Source: an uncultured virus (IMG/VR IMGVR_UViG_3300044715_001903)
Taxonomy: Duplodnaviria > Heunggongvirae > Uroviricota > Caudoviricetes
Length of the DNA: 20,000 nt
IMG/VR virus record: IMGVR_UViG_3300044715_001903
Direction: 5' to 3' (one strand)
Below are positions 1 to 8,031 of this stretch, piece by piece; positions within the stretch are counted from its first letter, which is position 1, and each line of letters opens with the position of its first letter. Position numbers and translations under genes: made by a program. The notes below the pieces were generated by a model. The model did not search any database and was not told the DNA's origin. It saw only the letters and a list, made by a program, of their open reading frames with translations.

Positions 1-2
1 AA

Positions 3-1649
3 ACACGGTATCAACGGGTTTTAAGGTGGCAATCCTACACACAAGCAACTGAAGTTAAACTTGCATATCCCAACAGCGCATTATTTGGGTTTAGTTTTAA
101 GGCGGCTCAGTTCCAATCATTGCCCCAAATATCCCTGAAGTTAGCAGGGCGGAAAATTCAAATTCCCAGCAATGCCACCCCTACCGCTACAAGGGGGCTA
201 ACATTTAGCGGAACTTGGAATGGGACTTTTACTACGCCATCGGTAGCAGTGGCAGATCCGGCGTGGATTTTATATGACTTAATCACCAATACTCGCTACG
301 GACTTGGTAGATTTATCAATCAGTCCCAAATTGATAAATGGGCATTATACGAAATTAGCCAATACTGCAATGAGTACGTCCCTAATGGCTATGGCGGCAC
401 AGAGCATAGGTTTCAATGCCATTTATTGCTAGAGGGCAAAGACGAGGCGTACAAAGTAATTCAGCAGTTTCTATCAATATTTCGTGGCTTCTCCTACTGG
501 ATGTCTGGAGCAATCGGATTTGTGGCAGACAAACCCGGATCACCAGTGGCACAATTTACCCAATCTGATATTGAAGAGGGGATGTTTTCGTACACTCGCA
601 CAGGGCTGAAAACCAGACACACTATAGCATTAGTAACTTGGGCAAATCCTGACGACTTCTACCGTCAATCCGTAGAAGCAATTGACGATCCTGATGGAAT
701 TGCTAAATATGGCGTAAGGGAAATTGAGCTATCTGCTTTTGCTTGCACGTCAAGAGGACAAGCGCGACGGGCTGGGTATGCCACGCTGCTAACTGACAGA
801 CTGGAGCAGGAAACCGTAACTTTTAAAAGCAGGGCATACGGGACTTATACAAAGCCCGGCGATATTATCAGGATCATGGACTCAAAAAGGGCTGATATCC
901 GGTATGGCGGGCTGATCGCGGCGGCCACTACAACAGCAATCACTCTTGATAATCCTGTGGAAATTCTAGAGGATGAAACTTACACCCTCACGGTAATGCT
1001 TGCTGATGGCACGGTTCACGAAAGAGTCGTTACCAACTCGCCAGGAACAGCCGCGATAATCCTCACTTTAAATTTAGCCCTATCATCAGCACCACCCCCG
1101 GAGTCAAACTGGATTCTCGCGTCATCTACGGTACAGCCGCAGTTATTCCGGGTTTTGAATCGTGTTCCAAGTGCTGGCAGCATGGAAATGTTTCACGAAA
1201 TTACGGCCATCGAGTACAATCCCGCCAAATATTCTCGAATTGAAAATGGCTGGAGTCTTGAGCCGTTGCCAGAGCGGCGTAATCCTCCCGTCGTTGTGTC
1301 AGTTCCTAGAAATATCACCTTTAGCTACCGAACAATTGACCTGTTTGATCTCAATGCAGTATGGGATTTTCCATTGCTAAATAGTAAGCGTGATCCATAT
1401 ATCACAGGCTACACAATTGAATTACGCCTTGGCGACGATGGTTTGTGGGGGAATACCAGATTTGAAACAAGTGCCTCAACACAATTTACAAACATATCGG
1501 CTGGGAAATATTACGTCAGAGTCGCGGCAGTTGACATTAACGGCAGGTCATCGCGTTGGGTTGCTTCTAGTCCGATAAACCTGAATAAATATAACTGGAA
1601 TGCGACTTTCACTTCTCGATATGCCTCTGTTTTTGCAATGGAATTTTAA
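3..1649 (+). CDS. Tail tip/host-specificity protein, lambda gpJ-like (5'-truncated by window edge)
   Basis: Frame is open from position 3 (TRYQRVLRWQSYTQ..LAYPNSALFG..GRKIQIPSN), so the TTG at 120 is not the true start. gpJ-like motifs: DPAWILYDLITNTRYGLG, IDKWALYEISQYCNE, FACTSRGQARRAG, PGDIIRIMD. Ends in an FnIII-like domain (YYVRVAAVDINGRSS). Confidence 0.92.
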   Translation, partial: TRYQRVLRWQSYTQATEVKLAYPNSALFGFSFKAAQFQSLPQISLKLAGRKIQIPSNATPTATRGLTFSGTWNGTFTTPSVAVADPAWILYDLITNTRYGLGRFINQSQIDKWALYEISQYCNEYVPNGYGGTEHRFQCHLLLEGKDEAYKVIQQFLSIFRGFSYWMSGAIGFVADKPGSPVAQFTQSDIEEGMFSYTRTGLKTRHTIALVTWANPDDFYRQSVEAIDDPDGIAKYGVREIELSAFACTSRGQARRAGYATLLTDRLEQETVTFKSRAYGTYTKPGDIIRIMDSKRADIRYGGLIAAATTTAITLDNPVEILEDETYTLTVMLADGTVHERVVTNSPGTAAIILTLNLALSSAPPPESNWILASSTVQPQLFRVLNRVPSAGSMEMFHEITAIEYNPAKYSRIENGWSLEPLPERRNPPVVVSVPRNITFSYRTIDLFDLNAVWDFPLLNSKRDPYITGYTIELRLGDDGLWGNTRFETSASTQFTNISAGKYYVRVAAVDINGRSSRWVASSPINLNKYNWNATFTSRYASVFAMEF

Positions 1650-1652
1650 CAA

Positions 1653-2246
1653 ATGGCTACAGCACCATATATTGACGGAACTGGGACTATAAGGCAACGG
1701 GCGTTATCTGCTACGTCAGCAGGGACGACGAACAATCCTGATGTCGCCATTTTTGAGATTAATGGGAGTATTACGGCATCCAACCCGTCCGTCGTTGCGA
1801 CTGGGGGAACAGTGCCGGCAGACGCGACTTTGATCGGTGCTTCTGATGGTACGAATCTACAAGCTCTCAGGGCAACTAACGCAACACCTATGGGGACTGA
1901 GCGAGGTCTAATCGTTAGGAACATTCCTGAAAAACCGACTATCACCCCTGTGTCCGGGACTATTGCAACCAGTGGGGATAATACTATTGTTGCCGCACCT
2001 GGTAGTGGACTTTCAATTTACATTACTCACTTAGTTTTGCAAAATGAATCTACAACGGCAACAACGATAATTCTGAAGGGTTCTAGTAATTTACTTCGAT
2101 GCTTAGGGCAAACCCAAGGAAGCGGTTTAGCACTGACTTTTCCCGAAAGAAGGGAGATAAAATTAGCCACAAATACCGCACTAATTTTAAATTTAAGTGG
2201 TGCTAATTCTGTTGGCTATTCAATTGGATATTACACGGGGGCTTGA
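1653..2246 (+). CDS. Putative virion structural/tail-associated beta-rich protein
   Basis: 197 aa, T/G/A/S-rich, starts 3 nt after the gpJ stop; no specific family recognised. Confidence 0.6.
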   Translation: MATAPYIDGTGTIRQRALSATSAGTTNNPDVAIFEINGSITASNPSVVATGGTVPADATLIGASDGTNLQALRATNATPMGTERGLIVRNIPEKPTITPVSGTIATSGDNTIVAAPGSGLSIYITHLVLQNESTTATTIILKGSSNLLRCLGQTQGSGLALTFPERREIKLATNTALILNLSGANSVGYSIGYYTGA

Positions 2247-2250
2247 TAAA

Positions 2251-2709
2251 ATGACATCGAGAATTGAGATTTTACAAACTGAATTAGCTAATATGGAATA
2301 CGCCGATTTAGTGACAGCACAAAATTATCCGGCTATTGCTAATCTGTTAAACAATCGTCCATTAATAGCAAATCCAGATACGCAAACAGAAGTACCTAAA
2401 ATACCGACAATTGAGGAAGTAATTACTTTGGTTAAGCCGCAAGAAGTGTTTGCAATATACGAAACTAAAACCTATGACCGGGTGTTGGATGCACTTCAAC
2501 AAAAAAATTTAACTTGGATAATTGGCAATACTCAAGCACTGCTTGCAGGTGGTGTTTTGTCTCAATCTTCCTATGACGCTATTATCGCAAAACTAGGAGA
2601 AACCGAACTAGACCCAAGCTACCAATCACAAATACCCGGACAATCACGCGCTGAAGATTTAGGGGTTTACCCTGTCAATGCTTCACAAGTTCAAGAGGCA
2701 CTTAATTAA
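2251..2709 (+). CDS. Hypothetical phage protein (tail module)
   Basis: ATG at 2251 just after the upstream stop is preferred over the overlapping GTG at 2197; 152 aa. Confidence 0.65.
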   Translation: MTSRIEILQTELANMEYADLVTAQNYPAIANLLNNRPLIANPDTQTEVPKIPTIEEVITLVKPQEVFAIYETKTYDRVLDALQQKNLTWIIGNTQALLAGGVLSQSSYDAIIAKLGETELDPSYQSQIPGQSRAEDLGVYPVNASQVQEALN

Positions 2710-3669
2710 ATGCCTTACGATTACATTAATTTTAGTTGCATACTTGATTCTGTTTACGGTACGCCGGGGCTTTATGCAGATTTAACAGCCTGTGAAAATG
2801 CCGTAAATGATGGCAGCGTTAAACCCGTTTTAATTCTTAACCCGTTGTGGAGTGCATCCAAAAAAGCATCACTCCCACTATTAATAAATAAGCTAGGTGA
2901 CGGATATCAGCAAACGGTTTTTCAAGGCGTTGATCAGATAAATGAAGAATGGTCTATAACGTCGCCTGTACTGATTGGGTCACAGGTGAATGATCTATTA
3001 AATCAACTGCGGACTTTATCAGGAACTTCATTTTTATGGAGCCCTAACAATGGCGTGATTGATTACCAAGAATTTACTTGTGAACAATGGCAAAACATAA
3101 GATTGGGGGTGGATCAATATCAAATCACAGGAATATTCAAGACAAGTAAATTATCCAGTGGAACTCTAGTTCTACCTCCGGGACATTACTCTGATGTCTA
3201 TTTTAGCAACCTCCTAGGATATTACAATTCGAGCCTAGGGAATATCCTCCAATTTACAGGGGAAGCGACACTGCCTGAGCCAGATTTAACCCCAGTCGCG
3301 TCTATCTTAGGCGCATGGCTCACAAATCCAATGACGGCTATCGGGAACGGCTATTGGTCGGATCTACAATCTATTCCTCTGCAATGGGTTTTGTTCACAG
3401 AAAACGCGATTATTTACCCTATTAACCTTACTCAAAAATTGAATAATGCAGTAATTGAGGCTGGAATAGACAACGCCATTTTTATCTGGTTGAATGGAGA
3501 ATTTAAATATGGCGCAACAGCCGAAGGTGGTGCATCCCCCCAGGAATACCAGATTAAGTTAGGAAGCTTAAACCCCGGCACTCATTATATCCAAGTTCTC
3601 CGGTCTGATAACGGAGGACAAACAGGCTATTTTTTCCAGTTGCGCGGATTGCAGTTCATACCTGATTAA
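2710..3669 (+). CDS. Distal tail protein (lambda gpM-like) fused to a putative carbohydrate-binding beta-sandwich
   Basis: KLGDGYQQTVFQG..EEWSIT..SFLWSP..FTCEQW..ITGIF parallels lambda gpM (RFGDGYSQRAPAG..SFLWTP..VTCAKW). The C-terminus IDNAIFIWLNG..LNPGTHYIQV resembles galactose-binding-like domains. Confidence 0.75.
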   Translation: MPYDYINFSCILDSVYGTPGLYADLTACENAVNDGSVKPVLILNPLWSASKKASLPLLINKLGDGYQQTVFQGVDQINEEWSITSPVLIGSQVNDLLNQLRTLSGTSFLWSPNNGVIDYQEFTCEQWQNIRLGVDQYQITGIFKTSKLSSGTLVLPPGHYSDVYFSNLLGYYNSSLGNILQFTGEATLPEPDLTPVASILGAWLTNPMTAIGNGYWSDLQSIPLQWVLFTENAIIYPINLTQKLNNAVIEAGIDNAIFIWLNGEFKYGATAEGGASPQEYQIKLGSLNPGTHYIQVLRSDNGGQTGYFFQLRGLQFIPD

Positions 3670-3692
3670 TTGTCAAATTACAGAAAAATACT

Positions 3693-4475
3693 ATGAGCAT
3701 ATTAGGAAGCGGGTTATTGACAAGCGTTTCTTCTCCCCAACCAGATCCCAATCCTAACGTTGATCCATATTTAAATAGTGTTGTATTGCTTCTTAAAGGC
3801 AATGGCACTAATAATACGAATATTGTTGATAATTCTAGTTTTAATCATTCAATCATGAACCAAAACGGAGTAATTAATACAATTAACCCTAAAAAGTATG
3901 GTCTTGGTAGTTTGTTTTTTTCGGGTGCTAACCACCTCACCCTAGGTTCTGATTTTGTGTCTAATTTTGCTCCCTTTGCAGGGAGCAAAAAAACTATAGA
4001 TTCTTTGATCAAAATAACAGAACCAGCGACATATTGGGTATCAGGCATAATCGGGAATTATAGAGCTGTAGCGGCTAATGGTCGCTGGCGAATGGGTTAT
4101 ACTACTTCATCTCTATTAATAGAAAATCCCACGATATCCCTACACTTCACTTGGACTATAAGCCCAGGTACTGAGACTGAAGTAGTTTTTACTCAACCTT
4201 ATGTAAATGATTTCAATCATTTAGCCGCTTGCATAGATTCTACAATACCTCAAGCAACTATTATCTATCTTTGCATTAATGGAGTAGTTCAAGCTTTTAA
4301 CAATAATAACTTTGCAAGTCAAACAACTTTATACAATGCCCATGCCCATACTATTGGCGGAGGCATGGATTACACAACTGCCATAAAAGCTCATGTAAAT
4401 GTTTTGAGGCTTACTAAAAACGTCAGGTACACAGGTAATTTTAATGTTGAAACAGACACTTACCTAAATATTTAA
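3693..4475 (+). CDS. LamG/concanavalin A-like domain virion protein (putative receptor-binding accessory)
   Basis: DPYLNSVVLLLKGNG..IVDNS, FNHLA..LCINGV and LRLTKNVRYTGNF are the typical pattern of phage LamG-like proteins. Confidence 0.75.
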   Translation: MSILGSGLLTSVSSPQPDPNPNVDPYLNSVVLLLKGNGTNNTNIVDNSSFNHSIMNQNGVINTINPKKYGLGSLFFSGANHLTLGSDFVSNFAPFAGSKKTIDSLIKITEPATYWVSGIIGNYRAVAANGRWRMGYTTSSLLIENPTISLHFTWTISPGTETEVVFTQPYVNDFNHLAACIDSTIPQATIIYLCINGVVQAFNNNNFASQTTLYNAHAHTIGGGMDYTTAIKAHVNVLRLTKNVRYTGNFNVETDTYLNI

Positions 4476-4512
4476 AAAGGGAAAACTAAAGGCAGTCATA
4501 TAAATACATCCT

Positions 4513-5226
4513 ATGCCTTTAGTTATTGCCCGCCCCTCAGTTGTTGAAACTACGCTGGGAATTACCTTCCAGATTGGTGAATTACCCACGCAAACAGTCG
4601 GCAACATTGTTATCAGTTCTAGAACACCGCCCTCCTACACAATCACCACCTCTGCATCTGCACTATCTGGCGCGGAATCTATTAATGTGGCAGCCTTGCC
4701 AGTGGCGTTGGATGCTGGGACTATCCTAACCTTCGGAAGTACCACAGTGACAGTCAGTAATCGCGCTGCCGCTGCTGCAACGTCAATCCAAACCTTGCCG
4801 CTATCAGCCTCAGTTGCCAGCGCGGCAACTGCAACAACTAAAGCCCTTGTGTTCGTCGCAGGGTGCACAAACGCTACCATTACACCCCAGATAAAAAACT
4901 CCGACACCACTAATTATTTAAGTGGCTTAGGCATGGAAAAAGTGACGGTAGGTAATGCCAAGACAATGGCTTTAGACTTCAACCTAGTCTATGGAGACCT
5001 AGGCGGTGGCATTCTTCGGAAGATTGCTCATCAAGACGCTTTTGCTGGGCGTGAGTTTTATTTTAGGCTGGCATTCCCAAGCGGTGAAGCCCATGAGGGT
5101 GTAGCCTTACTTGAATCGGCATCACCTCAAAACCCAGTTCAGGAAAAACGGGCTTTCAGTTGTAGCGCACAGATCCAAGGTGATAGCTATTTCTATACAC
5201 CCCCGACAACTGTAACTATTTCCTAA
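4513..5226 (+). CDS. Major tail (tube) protein
   Basis: 237 aa, upstream of the chaperone and tape measure. The C-terminal half (FYFRLAFPSGEAHEGVALL..FSCSAQIQG) is tail-tube-like, with an A/T-rich inserted domain. Confidence 0.7.
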   Translation: MPLVIARPSVVETTLGITFQIGELPTQTVGNIVISSRTPPSYTITTSASALSGAESINVAALPVALDAGTILTFGSTTVTVSNRAAAAATSIQTLPLSASVASAATATTKALVFVAGCTNATITPQIKNSDTTNYLSGLGMEKVTVGNAKTMALDFNLVYGDLGGGILRKIAHQDAFAGREFYFRLAFPSGEAHEGVALLESASPQNPVQEKRAFSCSAQIQGDSYFYTPPTTVTIS

Positions 5227-5229
5227 TAG

Positions 5230-5493
5230 ATGACATTGCATAAATGCCTCCACTCAACCGGACATACAGTAGCGTTGATTAATTGTAAGCTGCGCTCAGA
5301 TCACTTGATTTGTGGTGCGGCTTATTTCACATCTGGACTACCTGTAAATATGCCTGTGTACAGTTTATCTGGTGAGAAAATCTGTTTAATTGTCGTACCA
5401 GAAGCCATTAGGAAAAATCCCACTTTTACCCGATTACTCTCACCACAAGACGATATAAGGATAGAATATGCAGAACCCCTGGGGAATCCCTGA
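5230..5493 (+). CDS. Hypothetical protein
   Basis: 87-aa ORF tightly packed between the tail tube and chaperone genes. Confidence 0.55.
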   Translation: MTLHKCLHSTGHTVALINCKLRSDHLICGAAYFTSGLPVNMPVYSLSGEKICLIVVPEAIRKNPTFTRLLSPQDDIRIEYAEPLGNP

Positions 5494-6256
5494 GATAGTT
5501 GTTATTGCTGGTTTTCCGCTGCCTAAAATGGGCGGATTAAACCCAGAAGAAAAAGATTATATGGCAGATAAAATCCGTAATGTGCAATTCCAAGAAATTG
5601 CTCCATTGGCGGAAATTGCAGATATTGTTGTTGAGAAAGAAAAAATTTCCCAACAAGAAGCAATTGGTTTAATTCGCAGAACTTTAGAAGGAAACACGGG
5701 TAAAACTGAGGAAGAAATAGACCGATTGCTTACATTTGCGATTGACTACCGCAACGAACTAGGTAGAATTAAAAAGCCTGAAATGATGGTTGAGCGACAA
5801 TCTCAGGAAGTTGCAATCATGATTTTAAAATCACGACTTGCGCCTGATTGGATATTGGCTAATATTGATAATCTCAAAGCATCATTCCGCTGTTCGCCTG
5901 ACAAGGAAAAATGCTCTCAATTGATGGCAGTTCCCGAAGAAAGATGGATGTCTGATCAAAACAGAGATGATATTATCCGTCAAATTGTCCGCAAACTTCC
6001 CCAAAACTTATACTCACAATTATTCTCATTCACGTTAGGCGAAGAGAGGGAATGGGCGGAATTGCCAATATTTACAGTTGAACAAGAACCAGAGGAAGTA
6101 ACGCTGGGGGAGCAATCAAAAGGCTTCAAGAGTACCAAGAGCTCACGGAAAAAGAACGTGAGTTCTACCGAGAGTCCTATTACACCATCCAGTATTTTGG
6201 AGTCACAGACCCCAGTTATCACAGAAGAAACTTCCACCGCGTCCCTTGTTGGGTAA
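5468..6256 (+). CDS. Tail assembly chaperone (gpG-like)
   Basis: Position between tail tube and tape measure; helical acidic protein; slippery G-run at 6106-6110 followed by a low-complexity tail. Confidence 0.7.
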   Translation: MQNPWGIPEIVVIAGFPLPKMGGLNPEEKDYMADKIRNVQFQEIAPLAEIADIVVEKEKISQQEAIGLIRRTLEGNTGKTEEEIDRLLTFAIDYRNELGRIKKPEMMVERQSQEVAIMILKSRLAPDWILANIDNLKASFRCSPDKEKCSQLMAVPEERWMSDQNRDDIIRQIVRKLPQNLYSQLFSFTLGEEREWAELPIFTVEQEPEEVTLGEQSKGFKSTKSSRKKNVSSTESPITPSSILESQTPVITEETSTASLVG

Positions 6257-6534
6257 TTCGGGAAATGGTGGAAAGTTTGTACCGTCAGTACAAATTGCAC
6301 ACCAATTTAGAATCAAGTGCGATCGCTAAAATTGGCGCGTCGTTCTCTGAGAAAGCGACATTACAAGACTTCTTGCCATTTCCAGATACGGAACAGGGGC
6401 AAAAGCAGAAAATACCAATGTCGCGGGAAACAGCACAAATTTATATTGAGTTGCGCGACATTGGTATTCTTCCTCCCCGTGTGCTTGGGGCATTTGCAGA
6501 TATTGAGGGAGAGATTGAGAAATTAGTTAAATAG
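6109..6534 (+). CDS. gpT-like portion of the G-T frameshift fusion chaperone
   Basis: The -1 frame opens after TGA at 6079-6081 and runs without stops through the G-run into the annotated ORF 6265-6534 (AIKRLQEYQELTEKEREFYRESYY..VIREMVESL..). Confidence 0.7.
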   Translation, partial: GAIKRLQEYQELTEKEREFYRESYYTIQYFGVTDPSYHRRNFHRVPCWVIREMVESLYRQYKLHTNLESSAIAKIGASFSEKATLQDFLPFPDTEQGQKQKIPMSRETAQIYIELRDIGILPPRVLGAFADIEGEIEKLVK

Positions 6535-6578
6535 CGTGTTAGATTTACAACACTTCTTTTATTTTGCGGATCACATTT

Positions 6579-7259
6579 ATGACCAAATATTTTCTAGACA
6601 CAGAATTTATAGAGGACGGAACGACTATATCATTGATATCTATAGGGATTGTCTGCGAGGATGGCAGAGAATTTTATGCCGTCAATAGGGATTGTGATTT
6701 AACTAAAGCATCCCAATGGGTAAAGAATAATGTAATTTCTAAGTTACCTCCCAAAGATCCGTTGCCTATTGAGGTTTCACCACGTCTTTGGGAGGAATCA
6801 AAAGTATGGAAAACGAAGGCTGAGATAGCGGAAGAAGTTGCTAATTTCTTCTATTGCTATGGTGAAGTAGAATCAGTAAAACCAACCGGATGGAATAAAT
6901 TTCTACTAAAAATTCAATCTCAATCTCCAATTTGGCTAATCAGGTTAATGCAAGCAACCCAGGTGTTTGCTTATCATTCAAAGACTAAAACAAAATACAG
7001 CTTAGGGATTGGTAGAGCAAAGCCTGAAATATGGGGTTACTATGCAGATTACGATCATGTCGTATTCTGCCAATTATTTGGGGCAATGATTGCATTGCCA
7101 AATGGATTTCCTATGTACACAAAAGACATCAAGCAGTTGTGTGATGACTTAGGTAATCCTGAACTACCAAAACAAGAATCTGGTGAGCATAATGCTTTAG
7201 CTGACGCGAGACACAATCAAGTCATGTATCAATTTTTGATGAATTTAAAGCAGGGTTAG
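6579..7259 (+). CDS. DEDDh 3'-5' exoribonuclease, RNase AS (Rv2179c)-like
   Basis: YFLDTEFIEDG..LISIGIV.EDGREFYAV, WGYYADYDHV..QLFG.M..LP.GFPMYTKD, HNALADARHN. ATG 6579 is preferred over TTG 6564. Confidence 0.88.
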   Translation: MTKYFLDTEFIEDGTTISLISIGIVCEDGREFYAVNRDCDLTKASQWVKNNVISKLPPKDPLPIEVSPRLWEESKVWKTKAEIAEEVANFFYCYGEVESVKPTGWNKFLLKIQSQSPIWLIRLMQATQVFAYHSKTKTKYSLGIGRAKPEIWGYYADYDHVVFCQLFGAMIALPNGFPMYTKDIKQLCDDLGNPELPKQESGEHNALADARHNQVMYQFLMNLKQG

Positions 7260-7284
7260 GGGATAGTCGTATGACTGTCGCAAC

Positions 7285-7312
7285 AACCGCTACACAAGTG
7301 GCGGTTTTGTTG
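7285..7312 (+). terminator. Putative intrinsic terminator hairpin
   Basis: AACCGCTAC-ACAA-GTGGCGGTT followed by TTGTTG, 25 nt after the exoribonuclease stop. Confidence 0.55.
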
Positions 7313-7343
7313 TTACAATGGTGATTTTATTTTACGATCGCAC

Positions 7344-7952
7344 ATGACCTTCAATGTAGATATCCCCCACTTCAAATGTTTTATTAACAAGTCATTTCTT
7401 TATGATTGGGATTTACAGCAAACAGGATGCGTACCCGTCCGGGTATTCGGCATGACTTCTATTCCTGGTCGGGCAGTTGGGTTTAATTTAGTTACTAACC
7501 AGGGAGCGCAATTTGCTAGAGTCCCAATTCATGCTCTCGCTTGGAGAGAAGATTGCGAGCAACTACCATTAGATTGGTTGCAATTGTGGGATTGCTTGAG
7601 TTATCAGCCATGTGCGATCGCCTATTCCTACCTTTCCGAACTACGTTGTAAAACCATTCTCAAAGATGGAAAATGGTATGACGGTGAGTATATGTTCACA
7701 ATTGATTGGGTTGGTGGAGATTGGGCGGAAGATCCAAGCGAACATAAATGTGGCCATGTTTTAAAACTTGATAACGGTTGTTTCGCCATTCAACCCAACA
7801 ACCGAATAATCTGGTTTGACCCCAGTTTTATTACTGAACCATTAACGAAAAATCCTGGCTACAAAATCCATGCTCACAGATACAATAGCGAATCTTCTGG
7901 ATGGATATCAGAAAATAATGGCAATTTTTTCTATGAGATAATTCGATTATAG
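7344..7952 (+). CDS. Conserved phage hypothetical protein
   Basis: Motifs FGMTSIPGRA, LQLWDCLSY, GEYMFTIDW, SEHKCGHVLKLDNG.FA.QPNNRIIW. I recall this pattern from aquatic phage hypotheticals; function unknown. Confidence 0.75.
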   Translation: MTFNVDIPHFKCFINKSFLYDWDLQQTGCVPVRVFGMTSIPGRAVGFNLVTNQGAQFARVPIHALAWREDCEQLPLDWLQLWDCLSYQPCAIAYSYLSELRCKTILKDGKWYDGEYMFTIDWVGGDWAEDPSEHKCGHVLKLDNGCFAIQPNNRIIWFDPSFITEPLTKNPGYKIHAHRYNSESSGWISENNGNFFYEIIRL

Positions 7953-8031
7953 CAATTTTAGATGATCTAATCCTAGCTTTTTAAGGGAAAAATCATTCAA
8001 ATGCCTATAACATTGAGGCGGGTTTATTCCT

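Noticed and set aside
1..4475. Diversity-generating retroelement or invertible tail-fibre system
   Set aside because: No reverse transcriptase, invertase or TR/VR repeat pair seen in the window.
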